DNA from: Anolis carolinensis
Taxonomy: Eukaryota
Assembly: GCF_035594765.1 (NCBI RefSeq)
Contig: NC_085843.1
Coordinates: 41,555,955-41,619,954 of the forward strand
Direction: 5' to 3'
Length of the DNA stretch: 64,000 bases
Under the pieces are notes generated by a model. The model was not told the DNA's origin, searched no databases, and saw only the letters and a program-made list of their open reading frames with translations. The position numbers and the translations under genes were made by a program. This document shows, piece after piece, positions 53,910 to 64,000 of this stretch. Every line of letters begins with the position of its first letter. Position 1 is the first letter of the stretch.

Positions 53910-55170
53910 AATGATATTCAGTGTCTCACTCTCTGTAATGCCGTTCCCAGAAGGTGTTGGGAGACACCTGATTGGCCCCGCAGCCATTGTTCTGTGGGGT
54001 CCTACAGGGTTCAATACTGTCTCTCATGTTGTTTAACATCTACATGAAGCCTTGGGAGAGATCATCTGGAGTTTTGGAGTTTGTTGTCATCTGTATGCAG
54101 TTCAACTCTATCACTCCTTTCCACTTGCTACTAAAGAGGCTGTTGAGGTCCTGAACTGGTGCTTGGCAGCTGTCATGGTCTAGATGAGGGAGAGCAAACT
54201 GAAATTGAACCAGACAAGACAGAGGTACTCCTGGTCAGTCGCAAGGCCGAACAGGGTATAGGGTTACAGCCTGTGTTGGATAGAGTTACACTTCCCCTGA
54301 AAACGCAGGTTTGCAGCTTGGGAGTTCTCTTGGACTCATCGCTGAGCCTGGAACCTCAGGTTTCGGTGAGGAGAGCATTCACACAATTAAAACTTCTGTG
54401 CCAGTTATGTCAGACTTGGCCACAGAAGTCAGACTTGGCCACAGAAGTCCACGCTCTGGTTACATACTGAATAGACCATTGCAACACACTTTATGTGGGG
54501 TTGTCTTTGAAGACTGTTTGGAAGCTTCAAACGGTCCAATGGGTGGTAGCCAGATTTCTCACCGGAGCAGTGTACAGGGAGCATACATCCCCCCTGCTAC
54601 GTCAACTCCACTGGCTGCCAGTCTGCTACTGAGCACAACAAAGTGCTGGCTTTAGCCTATAAAGCCCTAAACGGTTCTGGCCCAGCTTACCTGTCCAAAC
54701 GGATTTCCTTTTATGAACCATCACGGAGGTTAAGATCTTCTGAGGAGGCCCTGCTCTTGGTCCTTCACAGGCGTGACTGGCAGGGACGAGAGACAGGGCC
54801 TTCTCAGTGGTGGCCCCTCATCTGTGGAATTTGCTCCCTAGGGATATTAGATCAAACCCCTCCCTCCTTACCTTCTGTAAGAGAGTGAAAACGTGGCATT
54901 GTGATCAAACTTTGGAGAACTTGTGCAATAGATAGATATGGATTTATGTGCAAAGACTATTGGAATGGCCCAGATTACGATTGTGGATAGCATGATTAAT
55001 AGTGATGATATTGTTTTAAATGTTTTAATGTATCTTATAAATCTATTTTAAAATGTTTATCTCAATTGTACATTGTTTTCAAGGCATCAAATAGTTGCCT
55101 ATGTGTAAAGCCACCTTGAGTTCCCTCCGGGGTTGAGAAAGGCAGGGTAGAAATGTCATAAATAAATAAA
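53910..55170 (+). mobile_element. L2 LINE 3' fragment (~1.25 kb)
   Basis: GVLQGSILS.MLFNIYM, DKTEVLLV, LGVLLDSSLSLE, YKALNGSGPAYL remnants; (AAAT)n tail. Confidence 0.85.
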
Positions 55171-56794
55171 TGTTACAAAAGACCTGTTACTGGTACAAGT
55201 GCCTACTTACTAGAATTTTGTGTTGATGTGAGTTAACATAGCGGTGTATTTTCTGTGTTTTTCTTGGAGCTTGGTTATTTGGAGGGATGGGGGTGACATT
55301 ATGAGCACTTGAACTTCAAATACTGCATTTGTTAATCATTTGGTTTTGAGGACCTGCCAAAACATCATTTGCCATAATTTATAATGCAGAGTCAAAGGCA
55401 TTTCCAAACTCCTGATACATTCCTTGAAAGGAAAATCAATTCTTTTGCCCCCAGTAAATACTTCCAAAAGCCTTCTAAAGGATAGCAATTTGTCGTGCAA
55501 TTTATCATGTTCCTCCAACTGTTTTAGGCCCAGGAGAGGTCTTTTTTGGGAGAATTACAATCCAAAAAAGTAACTTTTCTAAGAACTGGATCAGTCAGAC
55601 CTCTCAAGATAAAGATGTCTTCTACAGTTTTCTTTTAGCATTGAAGTCTCCAATGAAGGCCAAATTTTAAACGAACATTGTTGAAAAGTCAGCACTATGC
55701 TGGAGTAGCCACCTGGCTCATAGTCTAGAATGTTTTGAAAACAGGAACTCTGTTTGCTGACACTTGCGGGTAGAAATGGGAAACAGGAATTTTGTCAGTA
55801 AACCACTCTTGACAATTATAATTCCTCTCACCAGACAGCTTCTAATTGTGGAGCTAAAGTCATAGTGAACATGACACTGCAAATAACAAAACCAAGATTC
55901 TGCCAGTTGGGGAAAATGTAGTCCACAAATTGAAGAGCTACATTTTCACTTCTGTAGGAGTCAGACTTTTTTTTTTTTTTTAGCTTTGTAGGTATTTCTT
56001 GGAATGAGCAATGCAGACAACATGAACACAAGGCTCTCCTTCAGGTCAAGGTTTAGTCTTCACAGAAAGAAATGCATTTTTTCTGTATGAAACAGTCTTC
56101 ACTTTGTTGTTAATTGAAGTCAAGTCAACTTTGATTGATGGTCATCCTACAAATGAAATACTTCTAAGTCTCCCTGATGTCAACAGCTCTGTTCAACTCC
56201 TGCAAACTCAGGGCCATGGCTTCCTTGATTAATAACACAACTAAACTGTAGAATTGATGAAGTTTGACACCACTTTAACTGCCATGATCCAGTGCTATGG
56301 AATGATAGAAGCTGTAGTTTTACAAATTCTCATGATTAGGGATGGTAACATTTAATTCACATCTGTTAGGTCCTTTGCATGAATGATGTTTAGAAAACAG
56401 CTATCATAAAGAAAGCAGTCGCCATTTAGCAATTACATAAAGGATACACCGAGCATATTTCAGTGCATACAGAGCTAATAATCATTGTTAGTTTCTACCT
56501 AGGCAATATGCATGGCATGTATATGTATCAAAATGATAAGCAATAAGATAATGCTAGGGCATAACAAGGTGTTTGTGTGTTTTGTAATGCTGCAAGCATT
56601 TTTTTATGCAACTATTGCATAGCTATTAGTCATCTCATTCTTCTACCCCCACTCTATCTCATCACCCACTTTTGTAAACTCACGAAGGCCAAGCTATAGT
56701 TGACAATGTGATGATTTTTTAAATCACTTAAAATAGCTATAGTAGGCTTTTAAGGCATAATGTTCCTGACTAAGCAGATAAGATCTGTATACGG

Positions 56795-57838
56795 TAGACA
56801 TGTCCAAATAATCGTTTGAATCGTATATTGGAATTATTTCGGATTGTTCTCGCTTTTTGATATGCATTCCGAGACATTGTCTCACAGCGCAACCAGCAAT
56901 GTAATTCGAACCATTGTTGGCCCATTCTCTAATTGTCTCTTAATGTTTCATTAATCCCCCCCCCCCATTTTTAAAAATATATTTTTAAAAATATTTTTTA
57001 AAAATATATTTTTAAAAATATTTTTTCATTTATTTTTGTTTCTGCAACCTACCTTGAATGGGAGCTTAGCGCAGCCTAACTTGGCTGCCACTCCCCGGCC
57101 AATCAGAAGCTTCTACGGTGGACACAAAGGTGGGGGCTAGGGTCCTCTGCATCCACATGGAAGATTGCCATAAAAGCCTGTTGTGTAGCCCGGGTGAGCC
57201 ATTCTGGGCTGGGCTTTGCGTGGAGAGGGTGGTGGTCTGCAAACGGAGAGCAAGCAAGCCTCGTGTCTTGAGGGAGAGAGAGGGTGAAGGGGCCTGGTCT
57301 GGCTGTTCCCACAGAGGGGTTTGGAGAAAGGGTTAGGGTTTTGTTGCTGGTTCTTTCTCTTAGCAAGGGAATTTCTAGTTTTCAAAGTATTTTTGCACTC
57401 CTTGCCAGGGCATTGCTTGGCGTGGTGGTCACTGGTCCATTTCTAATTGAAGGCATTGGGTTGAGGCTTGTGGGATTACATAGCCAGAGACACCATTGAT
57501 TTCCAGTGTCCTTCTTGCTTACAAATATAGCAAGGGAATTTCTAGTTTTCAAAGTATCTTTGCACAACTTGCAAGGGCATTGCAAATTTGATGAGGATAG
57601 CTCAAGAAATGAGGGTGGGAGAGCTCTGTAAAAGTCCCCCCCCCCCGGTTCCTTTTTTTTTTGGCGATTGCGCATGTGCGTCCGCCATTTTAGAAACATT
57701 TAGAATCATTACGAATTTTTGGAAATATCTGAAATTTTTGAGTGAAAAAATCGGAAATACTTTCTATATCGAAGCACCAGCGCCCCCTACTTTAGAAACG
57801 AGAATTGAAACATTTTTTTCATCGATCGGACATGCCTA
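56795..57838. mobile_element. Non-autonomous hAT (Ac/Blackjack-type) element
   Basis: TIRs TAGACATGTCC / GGACATGCCTA; imperfect TSD GTATACGG/ATATACAG. Confidence 0.7.
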
Positions 57839-60611
57839 ATATACAGACAAGTCAACTCTGAATACATACATAATTATTGTTGAAGACTCTTTTATATCTT
57901 TTGTAGTTCTTGAGGATAATAATAATAATAACAATAACAACAACAACAACAAGACTTTATTTGTAACCTTCCCTATCTCCCCGGGGGAAGCCGCCCTGAA
58001 ACCCTTCGGGGAGATAGGGCAGAATATAAATAAAGATTATTATTATTATTATTGCCTAAGAAAACCCTATGAAATTATCGAGTTGCCATAAGTTGACAGG
58101 CAAATGCACACACACATATTCAACTGGGCAGCAGAAAGGGAGGAGATGCAATAAAGGATGGGGAGAGAGAAAAGGAGGAAAGCATTGAATGTGGGAAGAT
58201 GTGGGAACAGGTCAATATGTGTCAGAGGAAGGAGAGATGGAGGGAGTTACAGTATAGCTTTGCTCATGCCTGTTACTAGAACAGCAGAAAGAATGGGACA
58301 TAGTCCCTGAGTCACAAAACCCATTGTAGCAGTGATGACAAATGAAATAGCTGGTGGTCATCACTTAGTGCAAATGCTGATGCTGGGTGAGGTGAGAACA
58401 ACTCGAGAGAGGGGAGAGGAAAAAGGAGGGAATCATTCCCTTTTCCCCTTCTGATTGCTCTGGTACTCCAGGTAGCATCAGCATTTGTAGCAAACAGTGA
58501 TCACCAGTAATTTTGCATACTGTAGCTAGCACTGTGGGAAGGATGGATGGTGACAGTAAATGTCATCATCTGTCCTTGAGCCTCCTGAACTGGGGAAAAA
58601 TTGCATGGCTGAGTAAACAGCAGCTGCCGGATCCAACTCAGAAGAGGCTCAACTGCTTACATGTTCCCAAGGTGTGAGTGAGCTCCAAAGCTTCAGGAAA
58701 GCTTTGGAACATCCCCCAAATTTGGGTAATGTGGGCCAAGGCTACATTAAGTGGTCTTGCTGCAGTAGGGCAAATTGCTTCATGCATCATGTGAACACCA
58801 CAAAGTCCATTTACCTAAATCTTGCCCTTTTGACCTGTGTAGATCAGCTTAAATCTACTTCCCCATGATGAGGAGGAGAGAGGAGAGGAAGTAGATTCAG
58901 AGCACATCTACACTCAACCATATACACATAAGACTGCAGTGGCCATAGCAAGCTGCACATCAAAATTGCAAGCAGCACATTTTAAAAGTCTCAGGAAAGC
59001 CTGATTTAAGTTATATATCTCAACTGATTCCAGTGTATTCCAGATCCAGAGTGAAATGCAGAATGGGTTGTAGTCACCTCCTCCTGTTGAAGGGCTGCCA
59101 AAACAGGGGACTAATTAAACACCTTCCCTTCTTCCTCTTTTTCACCCAACATGCCTCCAGTGGGCTGATATTCATCTCTCTGGGAGATTGGGGGGTGGGG
59201 GGGTGGGATCTCAAAAGAGGTTTGAGATCAGGTTCCATGGTAAATGTAATCACCTTCCTGGCCTCGAACTGGTTCCAGGCATAGCAATCTGATCACTTAT
59301 GCATTATGGTGTCAGTGTAGAAAGGGGTTTAGTTTACAAAAGTTTATGATACCAGCTTCATTCTTTCAGTCTGTAAGGTGCTAGAAGATCCTTTTGCATA
59401 CGGATACCACAGACTAACATGGCTATTAAACCTCACAACCTCTGAAAATGCCTGCCATAGATGTGGGCGAAACGTCAGGAGAGACACACAACACACAACA
59501 ACCCTAACATGCTTATATCTTTGCATTCTATCCTGTAGAGGAAGACAATGGATCTAAATGTCTTCAATAAAGTGAATGCCAGCTATGTTTCAACAGTGTC
59601 ATCTTTTCAGTTGCCAACATTAAAGTTCTTATAATCTTCTCAGTCTTCCCACCAAGTGTACAACTTTCACAGTTTTTCATAGAATAGAAACAAACATGCT
59701 TCTTGACCTCATTACCTACATCAGTGGTTCTCAACCTGTGGGTCCCCAGGTGTTCTGGCCGTCAACTCCCAGAAATCCAAACAGCTGGTAAACTGGCTGG
59801 GATTTCTGGGAGTTGTAGGCCAAAACACCTAGGTTGAGAACCTAGGTTGGACATCCTTCATGCCCATTGCCAGATCATGATTCCAGTATTGTTGCTCTTG
59901 GCTATGTCCACCATCACTGGCTTGTGATTCTTGGGGCAAAAGGATTTCCAACTTCTGCTTGTACTCGGTTTCTATCCTTTGACAAAGTATCTATACTTCA
60001 TTGTGGTTTGCCTTCTCTGAAGTGGATCATGAAACTTACTTGGGACTTTACCTTTGCACAACTTGCTTGATTCCATCTACTGCAATGACATGTGAAGGCC
60101 AATGAACTCTTACTAGTTTGCATTCAGCCCCTGATATCCATGAATATAATGTCTCCATCTCAATCAGCGAAGGGAGGGCAAAGCAGAGATGAAGCACAAA
60201 GGGGTCAAACTTGCTGGAAGATGAGCCGTGCTTTTACTTAAAACACACACATATACAACTGTAATTACTACATAACACTGAGTCATTTCATGGAAGTGAA
60301 AACAAAGTTTTCCTTTAAGTAAAGAAATTCTGAATCTTAAACACCCACTAAAAGTCATCAGAAATGGAACTAACTTAACAATACACAGGTGTATATAGCT
60401 CCCCTCCCCTGCTTATAGATTATATCATCCATAAAGAGAATGACATCTATAAGCAGCAGCACTGGTGAAACTGAACAACGTGCCATGCAACTGTGCTTTT
60501 TCTTCATGTATGAGAAACACTGTAGAAGTATCTTTGGTGGATTCTGCTGTGATCATATCATGGACCTGTTTTTATGTGATATATGGCTATTCTACAAACA
60601 TCTTATCGTCA

Positions 60612-60738
60612 ATGTGTTGTCGAAAGCTTTCATGGCTAGGATCACAGGGTTGTTGTATGTTTTCCGGGCTGTATGGCCATGTTCGAGTAGAATACTTCTA
60701 GAACATGGCCATACAGCCCGGAAAACATACAACAACCC
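60612..60738. mobile_element. Mini Penelope-derived hairpin insertion
   Basis: Near-perfect palindrome of Penelope terminal sequence; 15-bp TSD AACATCTTATCGTCA. Confidence 0.8.
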
Positions 60739-61104
60739 AACATCTTATCGTCATCTATTATGTGTCATTCTCTTGAAATAAATACCTCTTGGGCTTGATG
60801 CACAAGTTCAGTTTTTTCACAGAGTACTACTGTAGGCAATTATCTTTGCATAGACAGCAGTGAAAAAAGTATCTTGGTCTGTTTCCTCAGTGATCACTTT
60901 TAACTCTAAGCACAAAGGAAGTCCCAAAGAGTGGTAAGGCAGAAGGAGGAACCAAGCCAAGCCAAAGGAGTTAATCAGTGAAGAACATACTGAGTTACCG
61001 CAGAAATCAAGTGACGTGGAAAGAAATGCTGGCTGGAATGAAGCATTTGTACCCAAAGATGCTTGTGGGTTAGACATACTACAGAATGATGAAAAGCCTG
61101 AACC

Positions 61105-61195
61105 ATGGATGCAAAATCTGGCATTAGTTGTTTTACAAAATGGGGTACTATGTATGTCCTGCTGCTCCCTATCATACTGGCCATGGCAGTAATGG
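61105..61195 (+). CDS. Signal-peptide leader exon of a probable CD200 receptor-like Ig-superfamily gene (rest of gene not identified in window)
   Basis: Kozak AACCATGG; MDAKSGISCFTKWGTMYVLLLPIILAMAVM followed by a phase-1 donor G|GTAAGT. Divergent orientation next to GTPBP8 matches the human CD200R1-GTPBP8 arrangement. Identity comes from synteny only. Confidence 0.5.
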
Positions 61196-61867
61196 GTAAG
61201 TCTAATTTTTCACAGGCGATATTATCTTTTCTTCTAATGTCTCTGCCTTTCAGTTTTGCCCACATGAAAGGATATCTCTCAAAGGATCTGAAGAGCCGGC
61301 ATCAGGAACTTAAACTTCACAATTTATTTATAATACTTAGGGTCATGGTTTAATATTGTAACATGTAATATGCAAAATGTATACAGAAAACATAAGATTT
61401 TGTAAAGAACGAATGTAGCATTTGACAGCTGGCCTTTCTTTAAGTTCATGTCGTAGTAGAACATTATTTTAGCAAAACATAGGTCAAAATGTAAAGATGC
61501 AAATATACATTTGCTTTATTTATACCCCGCCTTTCTCCCTGTGGGAACTCAAGGCGGCTTTTATATTAATATAGTTTTATATTATCAATAAAGAATGTTT
61601 TTTTCCCATTTGGCTTTGATATCCTATATCCATGATTGGTTTTCTTTAATAAAATTGTAACTGGTATCATAGCAATAACATATAAAGGCGATGAGAATCA
61701 TCCTGAAAATTTTGATGTTGAGTATTAACTCTCTCCAGTTCTGCTCCAGTTACTCTTAACAGAATATTATACAATTTTATTATACTGTATTTCAGAGCAA
61801 TTTTCTAATGATTTGGCTGATTTCTAAAATTTCAAGGCATTTCTCAATCCTTGTGCGTGGTAGATAA

Positions 61868-62178
61868 CAATATGTAACACTATTTTAATTCCTGGATTAT
61901 AAATGTCATTTCCTAATTGGTTTTATCATAAAAACATGGAAAAAGTTTATTAAACTGCCAAAGCTTTGTTTTTGCGGGATATCCTGTAGCAAATTTTGCT
62001 ATGGTTTTCCAATGACTATCTCGTAGAGTCTCAACCAATTCAACATAGTTTGTGGCAGCCACAAAAACCTAGTTTCTGGAGTATAACAACTACTTTCAAA
62101 GTAAGCATCACACAATTAAACAGGAAATAAAACTTTCAAATCAGGAACAGAAAAAAATTCAAAGTTTGTTACATATTG
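61868..62178. mobile_element. Chapaev3-like non-autonomous DNA transposon
   Basis: TIR CAATATGTAACA / TGTTACATATTG with 3-bp TAA TSD. Confidence 0.65.
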
Positions 62179-63590
62179 TAATCAAATGTGTTCCTATAAT
62201 CAGTTTGTGTTGTGTACAAAATTTCCTGTTGTTCAATATACTTCATCAATTAACAAATGGCATTTCGAATTGAGGCAACTGCCTTTCTATTCCTCTGGAC
62301 AAAGAAAACTTTGAAATAAATCTGGGTGGAACAGCAGAAATTATCAAGGTGTTCTAGGGCTGAAAGTGTGTGATTTGCCTAAGGCCATCCAGTGGGTTTC
62401 CATGGTTGAGTGGGGAGTGAAATCTTGGTCTCTGGGATCATAGGGTACATCTACACTGTAAAATTAATGCAGTTTGGCATCACTTTAATCAGCCATGGCT
62501 CACTGCAACTGAATTTGTCATTTGGGGAGGAAGAGAAAGCAAAGACCTTGCAAAACTGTAATTCCCACAATTCCACACATTGAGCTATTCCAGTTACACT
62601 GGTGTCAAAGTGTGTAGAAGCACCCAAGTTACAAGGCATCCCAGTCAGCCAAGGCTGGAGGTCTGTTTAAACAAGGAGGTCTTTGCCTACCTGGGAGTAG
62701 ATTGAACCTCCTTCCAGAGAGAATGCCAAAACAACGGAGGAGGGGAAATCCAGCCTTCAATTGGAAGCCAAATTCTTCTTCGCCAACCAGCCAGTTGCCC
62801 AAACCAGTTTGAACTGGTGGAAAACTGCTAAAAGTATTATGCTCAGAGGAAAGTGAGCTGCCAATCTGAATGTTGTCCAAACATTTATAAATTTACCTGG
62901 TGGTTATAGCAGTAAGTGAGCTAAAATCCCATATACATCATTTGGATCAACCAACACTTCTGGGAACAGGACTCCCACAGTCCTTTGGACAGAGCACCTC
63001 CTATTTCTTTCCCACATAAATGTCAACACTGAATTTATCCTTTCATGTATCACCTAGCCTTCGTAAAATATTACATGCTTAATGATATGTAAATGGCCCT
63101 TTCTTTCGGCATGAAAAGTCACTCTGCGAGGGAGCAGGTGTTTCTGAGAAGCAGTAAGGAGTGTACCCCATTCTCTCACCACATTCTTCCTACAAAGAGG
63201 TTTCCTAACTCTGAGAGTTTCAGATGCATATTGGCTTTGATCAACACTCCACCACCCCCTCCAATAAACATGCCACTGTTTCCCTGCTCTCAATGACTCA
63301 TGCGTGTGTTTTTAACCCAACAAAGGTTTATTGGTTTTGCTTTATAGGTATTTTTGCTTGTAGCACAAAGCTTATCCTTCATAGTATTTGTAGAGATTTT
63401 GGTTCAGCGTCTATTGATTTCAGTTCTTACTTGCTTAGCATATTTATATCATAAACGTCCTTCAGAAGATTTTGGAAAACATGCCTCCACGCAATTTTAT
63501 CCTTACAGTGACCCTAGCGGGACAAGTTAAGCTAAGAAATGGTGACAAATCTAATCTCATCTAGTGGGGTTTTGCATTACTATAGTTCTC

Positions 63591-63937
63591 AGGAGCCCCT
63601 GATGGTACAGCGGGTTACACTGCTGAGCTGCTGAGCTTGTTGACCAAAAGGTTGGCAGTTCAAATCTGGGAAGCGGGGTGAGCTCTCACATTTAGCTCCA
63701 TCTTCTGCCAACCTAGCAGTTCGAAAACATGCAAATGTGAGTCCATTAATAGGTACTGCTCCGACAGGAAGGTAACGGCGCTCTATGTAGTCATGTCAGC
63801 CATGACTACATGACCTTCGAGGTGTCTACGGACAACACTGGCTCTTTGGCTTAGAAATTGAGATTAGCACCACCTCCCAGAGTTGGACATGACTACACTT
63901 AATATCAGGGGAAAACCTTTACATTTACCTTTACCTT
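63591..63937 (+). mobile_element. Sauria SINE, full length
   Basis: GGAGCCCCTGATGG head and ACCTTT tail. Confidence 0.85.
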
Positions 63938-64000
63938 ATTGTCCCCTGGTCTCAGGACTGGGACCTATTTCCCAATTCTCAAGGGGTAAGAATCTCAGGA

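Noticed and set aside
55336-55518. 60-aa minus-strand ORF in unique-looking DNA
   Set aside because: No splice context or recognisable family; size expected by chance.
63509-63541. Possible second mini-exon of the CD200R-like gene
   Set aside because: Good acceptor but weak donor (GTGACA) and no homology evidence.

Overview
Eukaryotic, AT-rich vertebrate genomic DNA. The repeat complement (Sauria-type SINEs, CR1, L2, RTE, Vingi, Penelope, SPIN-like hAT, Helitron) points to a squamate, most likely an Anolis lizard (inference). I assembled four multi-exon genes by hand from GT-AG boundaries, phase continuity and recalled homologue sequences. (1) A highly divergent Spire-family actin-nucleator paralog (- strand, 13 coding exons in window, runs off the left edge) with KIND, a WH2 cluster whose third repeat is degenerate, a divergent Spir-box and a modified FYVE. 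(2) NEPRO/C3orf17 (+, 9 exons, 538 aa), containing a U12-type intron. (3) An intact, intron-containing TAF13 (-, 4 exons, 124 aa) placed between NEPRO and GTPBP8, which are direct neighbours in human. (4) GTPBP8 (-, 6 coding exons, 307 aa, plus a probable non-coding first exon). A lone signal-peptide exon at 61105-61195 probably starts a CD200R1-like gene. Introns are dense with nested transposons, including about a dozen Penelope-borne minimal hammerhead ribozyme motifs, fold-back Penelope insertions with 10-15 bp TSDs, a 2.3 kb Helitron and a 2.3 kb SPIN-derived composite. Homologue comparisons and repeat family names come from recall, not database searches, and repeat boundaries are approximate unless TSDs are quoted.
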